64,000 nucleotides of DNA, from assembly GCF_964194155.1 (NCBI RefSeq), contig NC_135903.1, positions 1,488,001-1,552,000 of the forward strand. Reading direction: 5' to 3'. This DNA comes from Cetorhinus maximus. Lineage: Eukaryota. The number at the start of each line of letters is the position of its first letter. The first letter of the stretch is position 1. Position numbers and translations under genes: made by a program. This document shows, in pieces, positions 22,256-34,372 of the stretch. The notes below the pieces were generated by a model. It was not told the DNA's origin and did not search any database. It saw only the letters and a list, made by a program, of their open reading frames with translations.

Positions 22256-22878
22256 CTGTATCAGTATGGTGTGTAATATTTCTTGCCGACAGGCAGCAGT
22301 AATGTTCCCTCAGTAAATTTACTGGATGATACTGACGGACTCGTGTGTTCAGGTTGATGCTGGACAGTGGGAAACATCAACAATCGTATCACAGGTTGTG
22401 GAATACATGGGCAACGCCACAGCTTATTTATTAGTTAAAATGTTAAATGGTTCTAGATCAATCGGTAATTTATATTAATTTTCATATTTGAAAATTTCAT
22501 ATCAAAATACAAAACAGACAACAGGATTTAGTAACTTTGAAGTGCACAGCAGCTTTATCTGTAAATAATCCATTTTTAAACATGTTATTATGAATAGAAC
22601 AAAACTAACACCTCGATCCAAACTTCACTTAAAACAAACAGATTTGAATTTCACTCTATTACACAGTTAAAAATCGCTTTAATATCACCAAAATCACTAA
22701 AAAGCGCAATACTAGAAAGCCAAATATGGACTCAGCATTCTCCCATAATATCAGTTTATATTTCATTCGCATAAACAGATCCTGCTCCTCACGAAACTCA
22801 CTTTCTTGCACTTGCTATACCTGCTGCTAGGCTGTCAATCACTAACATTGCTCCTCCCATCTATTCCCTCACTGGCTG

Positions 22879-23050
22879 AGTACATTCCAGAAGTCTCTGG
22901 AACGGCTCCAGTGGGTGTCACTGAGTCGAGTCATTCTTGTTTAAAGCAAGGCTGGGATGAGATGTCATTTATTTGCAGCTCACGTGTCATTACCCAGCAA
23001 AGTTGAGTTCATTCTGGAAATGTCTGGGTTTCTGGGAGTAGAATATATAA
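22879..23050 (+). promoter_or_regulatory. hsp30 copy 2 promoter (HSEs, CACGTG E-box, TATA)
   Basis: Same HSE/TATA layout as copy 1. Confidence 0.85.
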
Positions 23051-23143
23051 GGCGTGTGTTCTGAGTGCTGCAGCAGATCAGAGACTGAAGACTGGGAGTT
23101 CACATCAGTCGGTTTGAGAGAAGTGAGAGAAGAGGCAGAGACA

Positions 23144-23806
23144 ATGCTGAGCTGTCGGGCTTTCCACCCTTCACGTCTGTGCCAGCAGCCTGTGTACACA
23201 TTGTGGCCTGTTCCACACAGGGTCTGGGAGCCGCTTGAATGCAACACGTGGAAAGAGGTGGAAGAAGCGAGAAAGAGCATGAACTTCATGGAGCGAGTTC
23301 TTGAGGAGCTGGCAAAAGAATTTTGGGAGGAAAAACCAAGAAATCAGGACAACAGGCCTGATGATAATGAAGAAGGTAAAAGACAATCAGAGGACAACGA
23401 GGGAAATGGCTTTTCTCTGTCCCTGGATGTCCAGCGATTCTCCCCAGAAGAACTGAATGTGAAAGTACTTGGAAGAAAAGTGCTGGTGACAGGAAAACAC
23501 GAGAAGAAAAGTGATGATGGCAGCGGCTCTTCCAGCTACAAATATGAAGAGTTGAGGAGAGAATTTCAGCTGCCAGAAGATGTCGATGCTGAAGCTCTTA
23601 ACTGCTGTTTGTCACAGGACGGTCAGTTAAAGGTTCAAGCCCCACGCCTGGCACTGCCAGCTGTGAATGAACGAGTCGTGCCCGTCAACATCACCTCGGA
23701 TACAACAACCAGTCCCCAGCTAAATCCTGGCCAATTGGCACCGAAACTGGAGAGTGGGAAGGATGAGGGGAACAAGGAAGAGGAGGAAGTAAAAATGGAC
23801 AATTAA
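23144..23806 (+). CDS. HSP30: hsp30/HSPB9-like copy 2 (220 aa)
   Basis: Intact ORF, near-identical to copy 1. Confidence 0.93.
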   Translation: MLSCRAFHPSRLCQQPVYTLWPVPHRVWEPLECNTWKEVEEARKSMNFMERVLEELAKEFWEEKPRNQDNRPDDNEEGKRQSEDNEGNGFSLSLDVQRFSPEELNVKVLGRKVLVTGKHEKKSDDGSGSSSYKYEELRREFQLPEDVDAEALNCCLSQDGQLKVQAPRLALPAVNERVVPVNITSDTTTSPQLNPGQLAPKLESGKDEGNKEEEEVKMDN

Positions 23807-25454
23807 AACTCATTTACAGTTATCTTTTGTAAGAAGTAAGAATGGTTTATTTGCAGAAATGAGTTTCTGAGACCATGAAACGAAGTCATAATGCTGAAAA
23901 TGAATTGTTAATGTGTAAGTCTGAACTGTGTTGTTATCGGAATTCATGTGGATTGTTTTTATATATATGTATTTGGAAAAATAAATACTTTTGAAAATAA
24001 TAGTGATGATTCAGCTTTTTTACCCTGTATAAAGAAACTAAAGTGACTCAGCGGAGAGACTAGACGTTTAGTTCTTATATTCTCAGTGAAGAAAAACATA
24101 TTTTAATTTGGATTCACCTAAAACCCAGAGAAAAAATTCTATTTGTCAAGATCTGTCTCCAACTGGTCTCAGTCCAGTAAACAATATATCAAATGATTGC
24201 ACAGACCCAGTGCACCAAATCTCTGTATTACTCTGCAGCCTGACAATGAGCAGCAACAACAGCTTATCTTCCAACACAGACACCAGACTGGACACCACTC
24301 AATTACTGATGGCGGAATCCTCTTTCATTGGAGTTACCTGTTCAATTTAAATAATTGGGAGTAAAAGCAAAGTTACTTGCATTGTAAGCAACTTTTATAA
24401 AGTTTCTGGGAAATAATAACACTGATCCAGTACTATTGAACATAAGAACATCTGGAACAGGAGCATGTGTAGGCCATTCGGCCCCTCAAGCCTCCTTCAC
24501 CATTCAATGCATCACAGTTTACCTAATTCTGGCCATAATTCCACCTTCCTCTCCGCTCCCCATGACCCTTGACTCCATTGTCAATCCAAAATCCATCTAA
24601 CAGCCTTGAATATACTCAAAGGCCCAGCTCTCCTGCTCACTGTGGAAGAGAGTTCCAATCGCAAACCTCCCTCTGAGAGAAGAAATTTCCCTGCATCTCC
24701 ATCTTAAGAGGCAGACCTCTTATTTTTAAAGTTTCTCCTAGTTCTTGACTTCCCCCCTGAGGGAGAATATCCTCTCAGCAGCTATCCTGTCCAGCCCCAA
24801 AGAATCTTCCACACTTCAATAAGGGATCTGTATCTTACTGGATCAGTGTGGTGTGTAATATTTCTTGCAGTGTCAGTCAGCAGTTATATTCCTTCAGCAA
24901 ATTTACTGTATGATACTGACGGACAAACAGCTCGTGTGTTTAGGTTGATGCTGGACAGTGGGAAACATCAACAATCGTATCACAGGTTGCGGAATACGTG
25001 AGTAACACCACAGCTTATTTATTTGTTAAAATGTTAAATGGTGTAAAAATGTAAATCCAGCCTCTGAACTTAGACTGAACCTGGAATCTATTTGATCGTA
25101 ATGCTGCCAAAACACACCTGAGAATAAAGATTTATGTTGTAGTTTATAGGAAACTCCTGTGTGTGATGGAAACTCTCATTTACCAATTTAGGAACTTATG
25201 ATGTTGAGAACTTGGCAACAACATTAATAGGCTGGGCCTTCATATTCATGAATTTAACATAATACAATATAAAATTAAAACATTGCTACATTTAATCAAT
25301 AATATGTTGTCAATGTTGATGTTATCATTGAAGAGACCAGAGGGAAGATGAGCAGTTTTCATTTGTGTTGTTTTTTGTTACTGGAATGGATGAAGTGAAA
25401 GGGTAGATTCTATGGCAACTTTCAATATGGAAAAAGATATATACCTGCAAAGAA

Positions 25455-25571
25455 ATAATTTGCAGAGTTTTGGCGAAAGAGCAGGGGAGTCGGGAGTAAT
25501 TGGATAGCACTTTCAAAGACCTGACATAGGTGTGGTGGACCGAATGGCCTCATTTTGAGCTGAGAGATTCT
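25455..25571 (+). mobile_element. Short CR1 3' tail, repeated in the 3.75-kb spacers and unit 12
   Basis: gaaagagcaggggag..ttggatagc..gaccgaatggcctc..gattct CR1 end. Confidence 0.6.
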
Positions 25572-25774
25572 GGACCTGTCAGTAATTTATTATTAATTTT
25601 CTATATTTGCAAATCTTATATCAAAATACATAATGGACAACATGCTTTAGTAATTATGAATTACACAGCAGCTTTATATGTATCTATTCTGTTTCTAAAC
25701 CTATGTTATTAGGATTAGAACGGAATTAATGCCTCAATCCGAACTTCACTCTTACAAAACTGATTTGAATTTCA

Positions 25775-26386
25775 AAAACAAAAACAGAAATACCTGGAAA
25801 AACTCAGCAGGTCTGGCAGCATCGGTGGAGAAGAGCACAGTTGACGTTTGAGTCCTCATGACCCTTCAACAGAACTAAGTAAAAATAGGAAAGGTGTGAA
25901 ATATAAGCTGGTTTAAGGGGGGGTGGGTGGGACAAGAAGAGTTGGATAGAGGGCCAGTGATAGGAGGAGATAACCAAAAGATGTCATAGACAAAAGGAAA
26001 AAAGAGGTGTTGAAGGGAGTGATATTATTTAAAGGAATGTGCTAATTAAGGGTAGAAAGCAGGACGAGCAAGGTATAGATAGCCCTAGTGGGGGAGGGGT
26101 GGGGTGAAGGAATACTAAAAAGGCTAAAAGGTAAAGATAAAGTAATGGATGGAAATACATTTAAATATAATGGAAATAGGTGGGAAAGGAAAAATCCATA
26201 TAAATTTTGGAAAAAACAAAAAGGAGGGGGGAAAACGGAAAGGGGGTGGGGATGGAGGAGAGAGTTCATGATCTAAAATTTTTGAACTCAATATTCAGCC
26301 CGGAAGGCTGTAAAGTGCCTAGTCGGAAGATGAGGTGCTGTTCCTCCAGTTTGCGTTGAGCTTCACTGGAACATTGCAGCAAGCCA
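25775..26386 (-). mobile_element. Penelope-like 3' fragment (GIY-YIG C-terminus + hammerhead-like motif), spacer 2-3
   Basis: Encodes GLLQCSSEAQRKLEEQHLIFRLGTLQPSGLNIEF; TSD ATTTGAATTTCA at 25763-25774 and 26387-26398; empty sites at 22642, 59508 and 63534. Confidence 0.85.
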
Positions 26387-26617
26387 ATTTGAATTTCACT
26401 CTTTTTCATTGATAGATGTGGCTTCAACATCTCAGAAATCAATGAAAACAGCAATACTAGAAAGAAAAACACCACATTCTCTCATAGAATCTGTTCAAAG
26501 TTCATTCAGTTAAACGCATCTTATTCTCAGAATATCTCATGTGTTTACACTTGCTCTGCCTTCTGTGAGGCTGTCAATCATTAACAATGCTCCTCCCATC
26601 TATTCCCTCACTGGCTG

Positions 26618-26790
26618 AGTACATTCCAGAAGTCTCTGGAACGGCTCCAGTGGGTGTCACTGAGTCGAGTCATTCTTGTTTAAAGCAAGGCTGGGATGAG
26701 ACGTCATTTATTTTCAGTTCACGTGTCATAAACCCAGCAAAGTTGAGTTCATTCTGGAAATGTCTGGGTTTCTGGGAGTAGAATATATAA
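26618..26790 (+). promoter_or_regulatory. hsp30 copy 3 promoter
   Basis: HSEs + TATATAA. Confidence 0.85.
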
Positions 26791-26883
26791 GGCGTGTGTT
26801 CTGAGTGCTGCAGCAGATCAGAGACTGAAGACTGGGAGTTCACATCAGTCGGTTTGAGAGAAGTGAGAGAAGAGGCAGAGACA

Positions 26884-27543
26884 ATGCTGAGCTGTCGGGC
26901 TTTCCACCCTTCACGTCGGTGCCAGCAGCCTGTGTACACATTGTGGCCTGTTCCACACAGGGTCTGGGAGCCTCTTGAATGCAACACGTGGAAAGAGGTG
27001 GAAGAAGCGAGAAAGAGCATGAACTTCATGGAGCGAGTTCTTGAGGAGCTGGCAAAAGAATTTTGGGAGGAAAAACCAAGAAATCAGGACAACAGGCCTG
27101 ATGATAATGAAGAAGGTAAAAGACAATCAGAGGACAAGGAGGGAGATGGCTTTTCCCTGTCCCTGGATGTCCAGCGATTCTCCCCAGAAGAACTGAATGT
27201 GAAAGTACTTGGAAAAAAAGTGCTGGTGACAGGAAAACACGAGAAGAAAAGTGATGATGGCAGCGGCTCTTACAGCTTCAATTATGAAGAGTTCAGGAGA
27301 GAATTTCAGCTGCCAGAAGATGTCGATGCTGAAGCTCTTAACTGCTGTTTGTCACAGGACGGTCGGTTAAAGGTTCAAGCCCCACGCCTGGCACTGCCAG
27401 CTGTGAATGAACGAATCGTGCCCGTCAACATCACCTCGGATACAACAACCAGTCCCCGGCTAAATCCTGGCCAAGAGGCACCGAAACTGGAGAGTGGGAA
27501 GGATGAGAGGAAAAATGAGGAGGAAGTGAAAATGGACAATTAA
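26884..27543 (+). CDS. HSP30: hsp30/HSPB9-like copy 3 (219 aa)
   Basis: Intact ORF with alpha-crystallin domain. Confidence 0.93.
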   Translation: MLSCRAFHPSRRCQQPVYTLWPVPHRVWEPLECNTWKEVEEARKSMNFMERVLEELAKEFWEEKPRNQDNRPDDNEEGKRQSEDKEGDGFSLSLDVQRFSPEELNVKVLGKKVLVTGKHEKKSDDGSGSYSFNYEEFRREFQLPEDVDAEALNCCLSQDGRLKVQAPRLALPAVNERIVPVNITSDTTTSPRLNPGQEAPKLESGKDERKNEEEVKMDN

Positions 27544-29511
27544 ATCTCATTTACAGTTATCTTTTGTAAGAAGTAAGAATGGTTTATTTGCAGAAATGAG
27601 TTTCTGAGACCATGAAATGAAGGCATAATGCTGAAAATGAATTGTTAATGTGTAAGTCTGAACTGTGTTGTTATCAGAATTCATGTGGATTGTTTTTATA
27701 TATATGTATTTGGAAAAATAAATACTTTTGAAAATAATAGTGATGATTCAGCTTTTTTACCTTGTATAAAGAAACTAAAGTGACTCAGCGGAGAGACTAG
27801 ACGTTTAGTTCCTATATTCTCAGTGAGGAAACACATATTTTAATTTGGATTCACCTAAAACCCAGAGAAAAAATTCTATTTGTCAAGATCTGTCTCCAAC
27901 TGGTCTCAGTCCAGTAAACAATATATCAAATTATTGCACAGACCCAGTGCACCAAATCTCTGTATTACTCTGCAGCCTGACAATGAGCAGCAACAACAGC
28001 TTATCTTCCAACACAGACACCAGACTGGACACCACTCAATTACTGATGGTGGAATCCTCTTTCATTGGAGTTACCTGTTCAATTTAAATAATTGGGAGTA
28101 AAAGCAAAGTTATTTGCATTGTTACCAACTTTTATAAAGTTTCTGTGAAATAATAACACTGATCCTGTACTACTGAACATAAGAACATCTGGAACAGGAG
28201 CATGCGTAGGCCATTCGGCCCCTCAAGTCTCCTTCACCATTCAATGCATCACAGTTTACCTAATTCTGGCCATAATTCCACCTTCCTCTCCGCTCCCCAT
28301 AACCCTTGACTCCATTGTCAATCCAAAATCCATCTAACAGCCTTGAATATAATCAAAGACCCAGCTCTCCTGCTCACTGTGGAAGAGAGTTCCAATCACA
28401 AAGGCCCCTCTGAGAGAAGACATTTCTCTGCATCTCCATCTTAAGTGGCAAACCTCTTATTTTTAAAGTGCCTCCTAGTTCTTGACTTCCCCCCTGAGGG
28501 AGAATATCCTCTCAGTAGCTATCCTGTCCAGCCCCAAAGAATCTTCCACACTTCAATAAGGGATCTGTATCTTAATGGATCAGTGTGGTGTGTAATATTT
28601 CTTGCAGTGTCAGTCAGCAGTTACATTCCTTCAGCAAATTTACTGTATGATACGGACGGACAAACAGATCGTGTGTTTAGGCTGATGTTGGACAGTGGGA
28701 AACATCAACAATCGTATCACAGGTTGCGGAATACGTGAGTAACACCACAGCTTATTTATTTGTTAAAATGTTAAATGGTGTAAAAATGTAAATCCAGTCT
28801 ATGAACTTAGACTGAACCTGGAATCTATTTGATCGTAATGCTGCCAAAACACACCTGAGAATAAAGATTTATGTTGTAGTTTGTAGGAAACTCCTGTGTG
28901 TGATGGAAACTCTCATTTACCAATTTAGGAACTTATGATGTTGAGAACTTGGCAACAACATTAATAGGCTGGGCCTTCATATTCATGAATTTAACATAAT
29001 ACAATAAAAAATTAAAACATTGCTACATTTTATCAATAATGTGTTGTCAATGTTGATGTTATCAGTGAAGAGACCAGAGGGAAGATGAGCAGTTTTCATT
29101 TGTGTTGTTTTTTGTTACTGGAATGGAAGAAGTGAAAGGGTAGATTCAATGGCAACTTTCAAAATGGAAAAAGATATATACCTGCAAAGAAATAATTTGC
29201 AGAGTTTTGGCGAAAGAGCAGGGGAGTCGGGAGTAATTGGATAGCACTTTGAAAGACCTGGCATAGGTGTGATGGACCGAATGGCCTCTTTTTGAACTGA
29301 GAGATTCTGGACCTGTCAGTAATTTATTATTAATTTTCTATATTTGCAAATCTTATATCAAAATACATAATGGACAACATGCTTTAGTAATTATGAATTA
29401 CACAGCAGCTTTATATGTATCTATTGTGTTTTTAAACCTATGTTATTAGGATTAGAACGGAATTAATGCCTCAATCCAAACTTCACTCTTACAAAACTGA
29501 TTTGAATTTCA

Positions 29512-30133
29512 AAAACAAAAACAGAAATACCTGGAAAAACTCAGCAGGTCTGGCAGCATCGGCGTAGAAGAGCACAGTTGACGTTTCGAGTCCTCACGAC
29601 CTTTCAACGGAACTAAGTAAAAATAGGAAAGGGGTGAAATATAATCTGGTTTAAGTGGGGTGGGGTGGGGTTGGGACAAGAAGAGCTAGGTAAAGGGCCA
29701 GTGATAGGAGGAGATAACCAAAGGATGTCACAGACAAAAGGAAAAAAGAGGTGTTGAAGGTGGTGATATTATCTAAAGGAATGTGCTCATTAAGGGTAGA
29801 AAGCAGGACGAGCAAGGTACAGATAGCCCTAGTGGGGGTGGGGTGGGGTGAAGGAATACTAAAAAGGCTAAAAGGTAAAGATAAAGCAATGGATGGAAAT
29901 ACATTTAAAAATAATGGAAATAGGTGGGAAAAGAAAAACCCATATAAATTATTGGAAAAAACAAAAAGGAGGGTGTTAAAACGGAAAGGGGGTTGGGGAT
30001 GGAGGAGAGAGTTCATGATCTAAAGTTGTTGAACTCAATATTCAGTCTGGAAGGCTGTAAAGTGCCTAGTTGGAAGATGAGGTGCTGTTCCTCCAGTTTG
30101 CGTTGAGCTTCACTGGAACAATGCAGCAAGCCG
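29512..30133 (-). mobile_element. Penelope-like fragment, spacer 3-4
   Basis: Copy of 25775-26386 with the same TSD (one mismatch). Confidence 0.85.
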
Positions 30134-30370
30134 AATTGAATTTCACTCTTTTTCATTGATAGATGTGGCTTCAACATCTCAGAAATCAATGAAAACAGCA
30201 ATACTAGAAAGAAAAAGATCGAGTCCTCATTCTCTCATAATATCTGTTCAAAGTTCATTAAGTTAAACGCATCTTATTCTCAGAATATCTCATGTGTTTA
30301 CACTTGCTCTGCCTTCTGTGAGGCTGTCAATCATTAACAATGCTCCTCCCATCTATTCCCTCACTGGCTG

Positions 30371-30543
30371 AGTACATTCCAGAAGTCTCTGGAACGGCTC
30401 CAGTGAGTGTCACTGAGTCGAGTCATTCTTGTTTAAAGCAAGGCTGGGATGAGATGTCATTTATTTGCAGCTCACGTGTCATGAGTCCAGCAAAGTTGAG
30501 TTCATTCTGGAAATGTCTGGGTTTCTGGGAGTAGAATATATAA
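30371..30543 (+). promoter_or_regulatory. hsp30 copy 4 promoter
   Basis: HSEs + TATATAA. Confidence 0.85.
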
Positions 30544-30636
30544 GGCGTGTGTTCTGAGTGCTGCAGCAGATCAGAGACTGAAGACTGGGAGTTCACATCA
30601 GTCGGTTTGAGAGAAGTGAGAGAAGAGGCAGAGACA

Positions 30637-31296
30637 ATGCTGAGCTGTCGGGCTTTCCACCCTTCACGTCTGTGCCAGCAGCCTGTGTACACATTGTGGC
30701 CTGTTCCACACAGGGTCTGGGAGCCGCTTGAATGCAACACGTGGAAAGAGGTGGAAGAAGCGAGAAAGAGCATGAACTTCATGGATCAAGTTCTTGAGGA
30801 GCTGGCAAAAGAATTTTGGGAGGAAAAACCAAGAAATCAGGACAACAAAACTGATGATAATAAAGAAGGCAAAGGACAATCAGACGACAAGGAGGGAAAT
30901 GGCTTTTCTCTGTCCCTGGATGTCCAGCGATTCTCCCCAGAAGAACTGAATGTGAAAGTACTTGGAAGAAAAGTGCTGGTGACAGGAAAACACGAGAAGA
31001 AAAGTGATGATGGCAGCGGCTCTTCCAGCTACAAATATGAAGAGTTCAGGAGAGAATTTCAGCTGCCAAAAGATGTCGATGCTGAAGCTCTTAACTGCTG
31101 TTTGTCACAGGACGGTCGGTTAAAGGTTCAAGCCCCACGCCTGGCACTGCCAGCTGTGAATGAACGAACCGTGCCCGTCAACATCACCTCGGATACAACA
31201 ACCAGTCCCCGGCTAAATCCTGGCCAAGAGGCACAGAAACTGGAGAGTGGGAAGGATGAGAGAAAAAATGAGGAGGAAGTGAAAATGGACAATTAA
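30637..31296 (+). CDS. HSP30: hsp30/HSPB9-like copy 4 (type A, 219 aa)
   Basis: Intact ORF; diagnostic MDQV, DNKTDDNK, LPKD, EAQK. Confidence 0.93.
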   Translation: MLSCRAFHPSRLCQQPVYTLWPVPHRVWEPLECNTWKEVEEARKSMNFMDQVLEELAKEFWEEKPRNQDNKTDDNKEGKGQSDDKEGNGFSLSLDVQRFSPEELNVKVLGRKVLVTGKHEKKSDDGSGSSSYKYEEFRREFQLPKDVDAEALNCCLSQDGRLKVQAPRLALPAVNERTVPVNITSDTTTSPRLNPGQEAQKLESGKDERKNEEEVKMDN

Positions 31297-33264
31297 ATCT
31301 CATTTACAGTTATCTTTTGTAAGAAGTAAGAATGGTTTATTTGCAGAAATGAGTTTCTGAGACCATGAAATGAAGGCTTAATGCTGAAAATGAATTGTTA
31401 ATGTGTAAGTCTGAACTGTGTTGTTATCAGAATTCATGTGGATTATTTTGATATATATGTATTTGGAAAAATAAATACTTTTGAAAATAATAGTGATGAT
31501 TCAGCTTTTTTACCCTGTATAAAGAAACTAAAGTGACTCAGCGGAGAGACTAGACGTTTAGTTCCTATATTCTCAGTGAGGAAAAACATATTTTAATTTG
31601 GATTCACCTAAAACCCAGAGAAAAAATTCTATTTGTCAAGATCTGTCTCCAACTGGTCTCACTCCAGAAAACAATATATCAAATGATTGCACAGACCCAG
31701 TGCACCAAATCTCTGTATTACTCTGCAGCCTGACAATGAGCAGCAACAACAGCTTATCTTCCAACACAGACACCAGACTGGACACCACTCCATTACTGAT
31801 GGTGGAATCCTCTTTCATTGGAGTTACCTGTTCAATTTAAATAATTGGGAGGAAAAGCAAAGTTAGTTGCATTGTAAGCAACTTTTATAAAGTTTCTGTG
31901 AAATAATATTACTGATCCTGTACTATTGAACATAAGAACATCTGGAACAGGAGAATGCGTAGGCCATTCGGCCCCTCAAGCCTCCTTCACCATTCAATGC
32001 ATCACAGTTTACCTAATTCTGGACGTAATTCCACCTTCCTCTCCGTTCCCCACAACCCTTGACTCCATTGTCAATCCAAAATCCATCTAACAGCCTTGAA
32101 TATAATCAAAGACCCAGCACTCCTGCTCACTGTGGAAGAGAGTTCCAATCACAAAGGCCCCTCTGAGAGAAGAAATTTCTCGGCATCTCCATCTTAAGTG
32201 GCAGACCTCTTATTTTTAAAGTGCCTCCTAGTTCTTGATTTCCCCCCTGAGGGAGAACATCCTCTCAGCAGCTATCCTGTCCAGCCCCAAAGAATCTTCC
32301 ACACTTCAGTAAGGGATCTGTATCTTACTGGATCAGTGTGGTGTGTAATATTTCTTGCAGTGTCAGTCAGCAGTTATATTCCTTCAGCAAATTTACTGTA
32401 TGATACTGACGGACAAACAGCTCGTGTGTTTAGGTTGATGCTGGACAGTGGGAAACATCAACAATCGTATCACAGGTTGCGGAATACGTGATTAACACCA
32501 CAGCTTATTTATTTGTTAAAATGTTAAATGGTGTAAAAATGTAAATCCAGCCTCTGAACTTAGTCTGAACCTGGAATCTATTTGATCGTAACGCTGCCAA
32601 AACACACCTGAGAATAAAGATTTATGTTGTAGTTTATAGGAAACTCCTGTGTGTGATGGAAACTCTCATTTACCAATTTAGGAAGTTATGATGTTGAGAA
32701 CTTGGCAACAACATTAATAGGCTGGGCCTTCATATTCATGAATTTAACATAATACAATATAAAATTAAAACATTGCTACATTTTATCAATAATATGTTGT
32801 CAATGTTGATGTTATCAGTGAAGAGACCAGAGGGAAGATGAGCAGTTTTCATTTGTGTTGTTTTTTGTTACTGGAATGGATGGAGTGAAAGGGTAGATTC
32901 TATGGCAACTTTCAATATGGAAAAAGATATATACCTGCAAAGAAATAATTTGCAGAGTTTTGGCGAAAGAGCAGGGAAGTCGGGAGTAATTGGATAGCAC
33001 TTTCAAAGACCTGACATAGGTGTGGTGGACCGAATGGCCTCATTTTGAGCTGAGAGATTCTGGACCTGTCAGTAATTTATTATTAATTTTCTATATTTGC
33101 AAATCTTATATCAAAATACATAATGGACAACATGCTTTAGTAATTATGAATTACACAGCAGCTTTATATGTATCTATTCTGTTTCTAAATCTATGTTATT
33201 AGGATTAGAATGGAATTAATGCCTCAATCCGAACTTCACTCTTACAAAACTGATTTGAATTTCA

Positions 33265-33875
33265 AAAACAAAAACAGAAATACCTGGAAAAACTCAGATG
33301 GTCTGGTAGCATCGGTGGAGAAGAGGACAGTTGACGTTTCGAATCCTCATGACCCTTCAACAGAACTAAGTAAAAATAGGAAATGGGTGAAATATAAGCT
33401 GGTTTAAGGGGGGGTGGGTGGGACAAGAAGAGTTGGATAGAGGGCCAGTGATAGGAGGAGATAACCAAAAGATGTCATAGACAAAAGGAAAAAAGAGGTG
33501 TTGAAGGGAGTGATATTATTTAAAGGAATGTGCTAAGTAAGGGTAGAAAGCAGGACGAGCAAGGTACAGATAGCCCTAGTGGGGGGTGGGGTGGGGTGAA
33601 GGAATACTAAAAAGGCTAAAAAGTAAAGATAAAGTAATGGATGGAAATACATTTAAATATAATGGAAATAGGTGGGAAAGGAAAAATCCATATAAATTTT
33701 GGAAAAAACAAAGAGGGGGGAAAACGGAAAGGGGGTGGGGATGGAGGAGAGAGTTCATGATCTAAAATTGTTGAACTCAATATTCAGTCTGGAAGGTTGT
33801 AAAGTGCCTAGTCGGAAGATGAGGTGCTGTTCCTCCAGTTTGCTTTGAGATTCACTGGAACAATGCAGCAAGCCA
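33265..33875 (-). mobile_element. Penelope-like fragment, spacer 4-5
   Basis: Same insertion and TSD. Confidence 0.85.
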
Positions 33876-34106
33876 ATTTGAATTTCACTCTTTTTCATTG
33901 ATAGATGTGGCTTCAACATCTCAGAAATCAATGAAAACAGCAATACTAGAAAGAAAAAGACCACATTCTCTCATAGAATCTGTTCAAAGTTCATTCAGTT
34001 AAACGCATCTTATTCTCAGAATATCTCATGTGTTTACACTTGCTCTGCCTTCTGTGAGGCTGTCAATCATTAACAATGCTCCTCCCATCTGTTCCCTCAC
34101 TGGCTG

Positions 34107-34279
34107 AGTACATTCCAGAAGTCTCTGGAACGGCTCCAGTGGGTGTCACTGAGTCGAGTCATTCTTGTTTAAAGCAAGGCTGGGATGAGATGTCATTTAT
34201 TTGCAGCTCACGTGTCATGAGTCCAGCAAAGTTGAGTTCATTCTGGAAATGTCTGGGTTTCTGGGAGTAGAATATATAA
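34107..34279 (+). promoter_or_regulatory. hsp30 copy 5 promoter
   Basis: HSEs + TATATAA. Confidence 0.85.
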
Positions 34280-34372
34280 GGCGTGTGTTCTGAGTGCTGC
34301 AGCAGATCAGAGACTGAAGACTGGGAGTTCACATCAGTCGGTTTGAGAGAAGTGAGAGAAGAGGCAGAGACA

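Noticed and set aside
22362-22375. Iron-responsive-element-like CAGTGG loop
   Set aside because: Flanking bases do not form the 5-bp upper stem, and it lies outside the predicted mRNA
24108-24350. Recurrent 80-aa spacer ORF (MDSPK...)
   Set aside because: TTG start, no recognisable domain, disrupted in the outer units
26587-26781. 64-aa ORF over the promoter (MLLPSIPS...)
   Set aside because: Lies upstream of the TATA box across the HSEs; broken in copies 2 and 10
28445-28738. Recurrent 97-aa spacer ORF (MANLLF...)
   Set aside because: GTG start inside an antisense CR1 remnant; absent in other spacer classes
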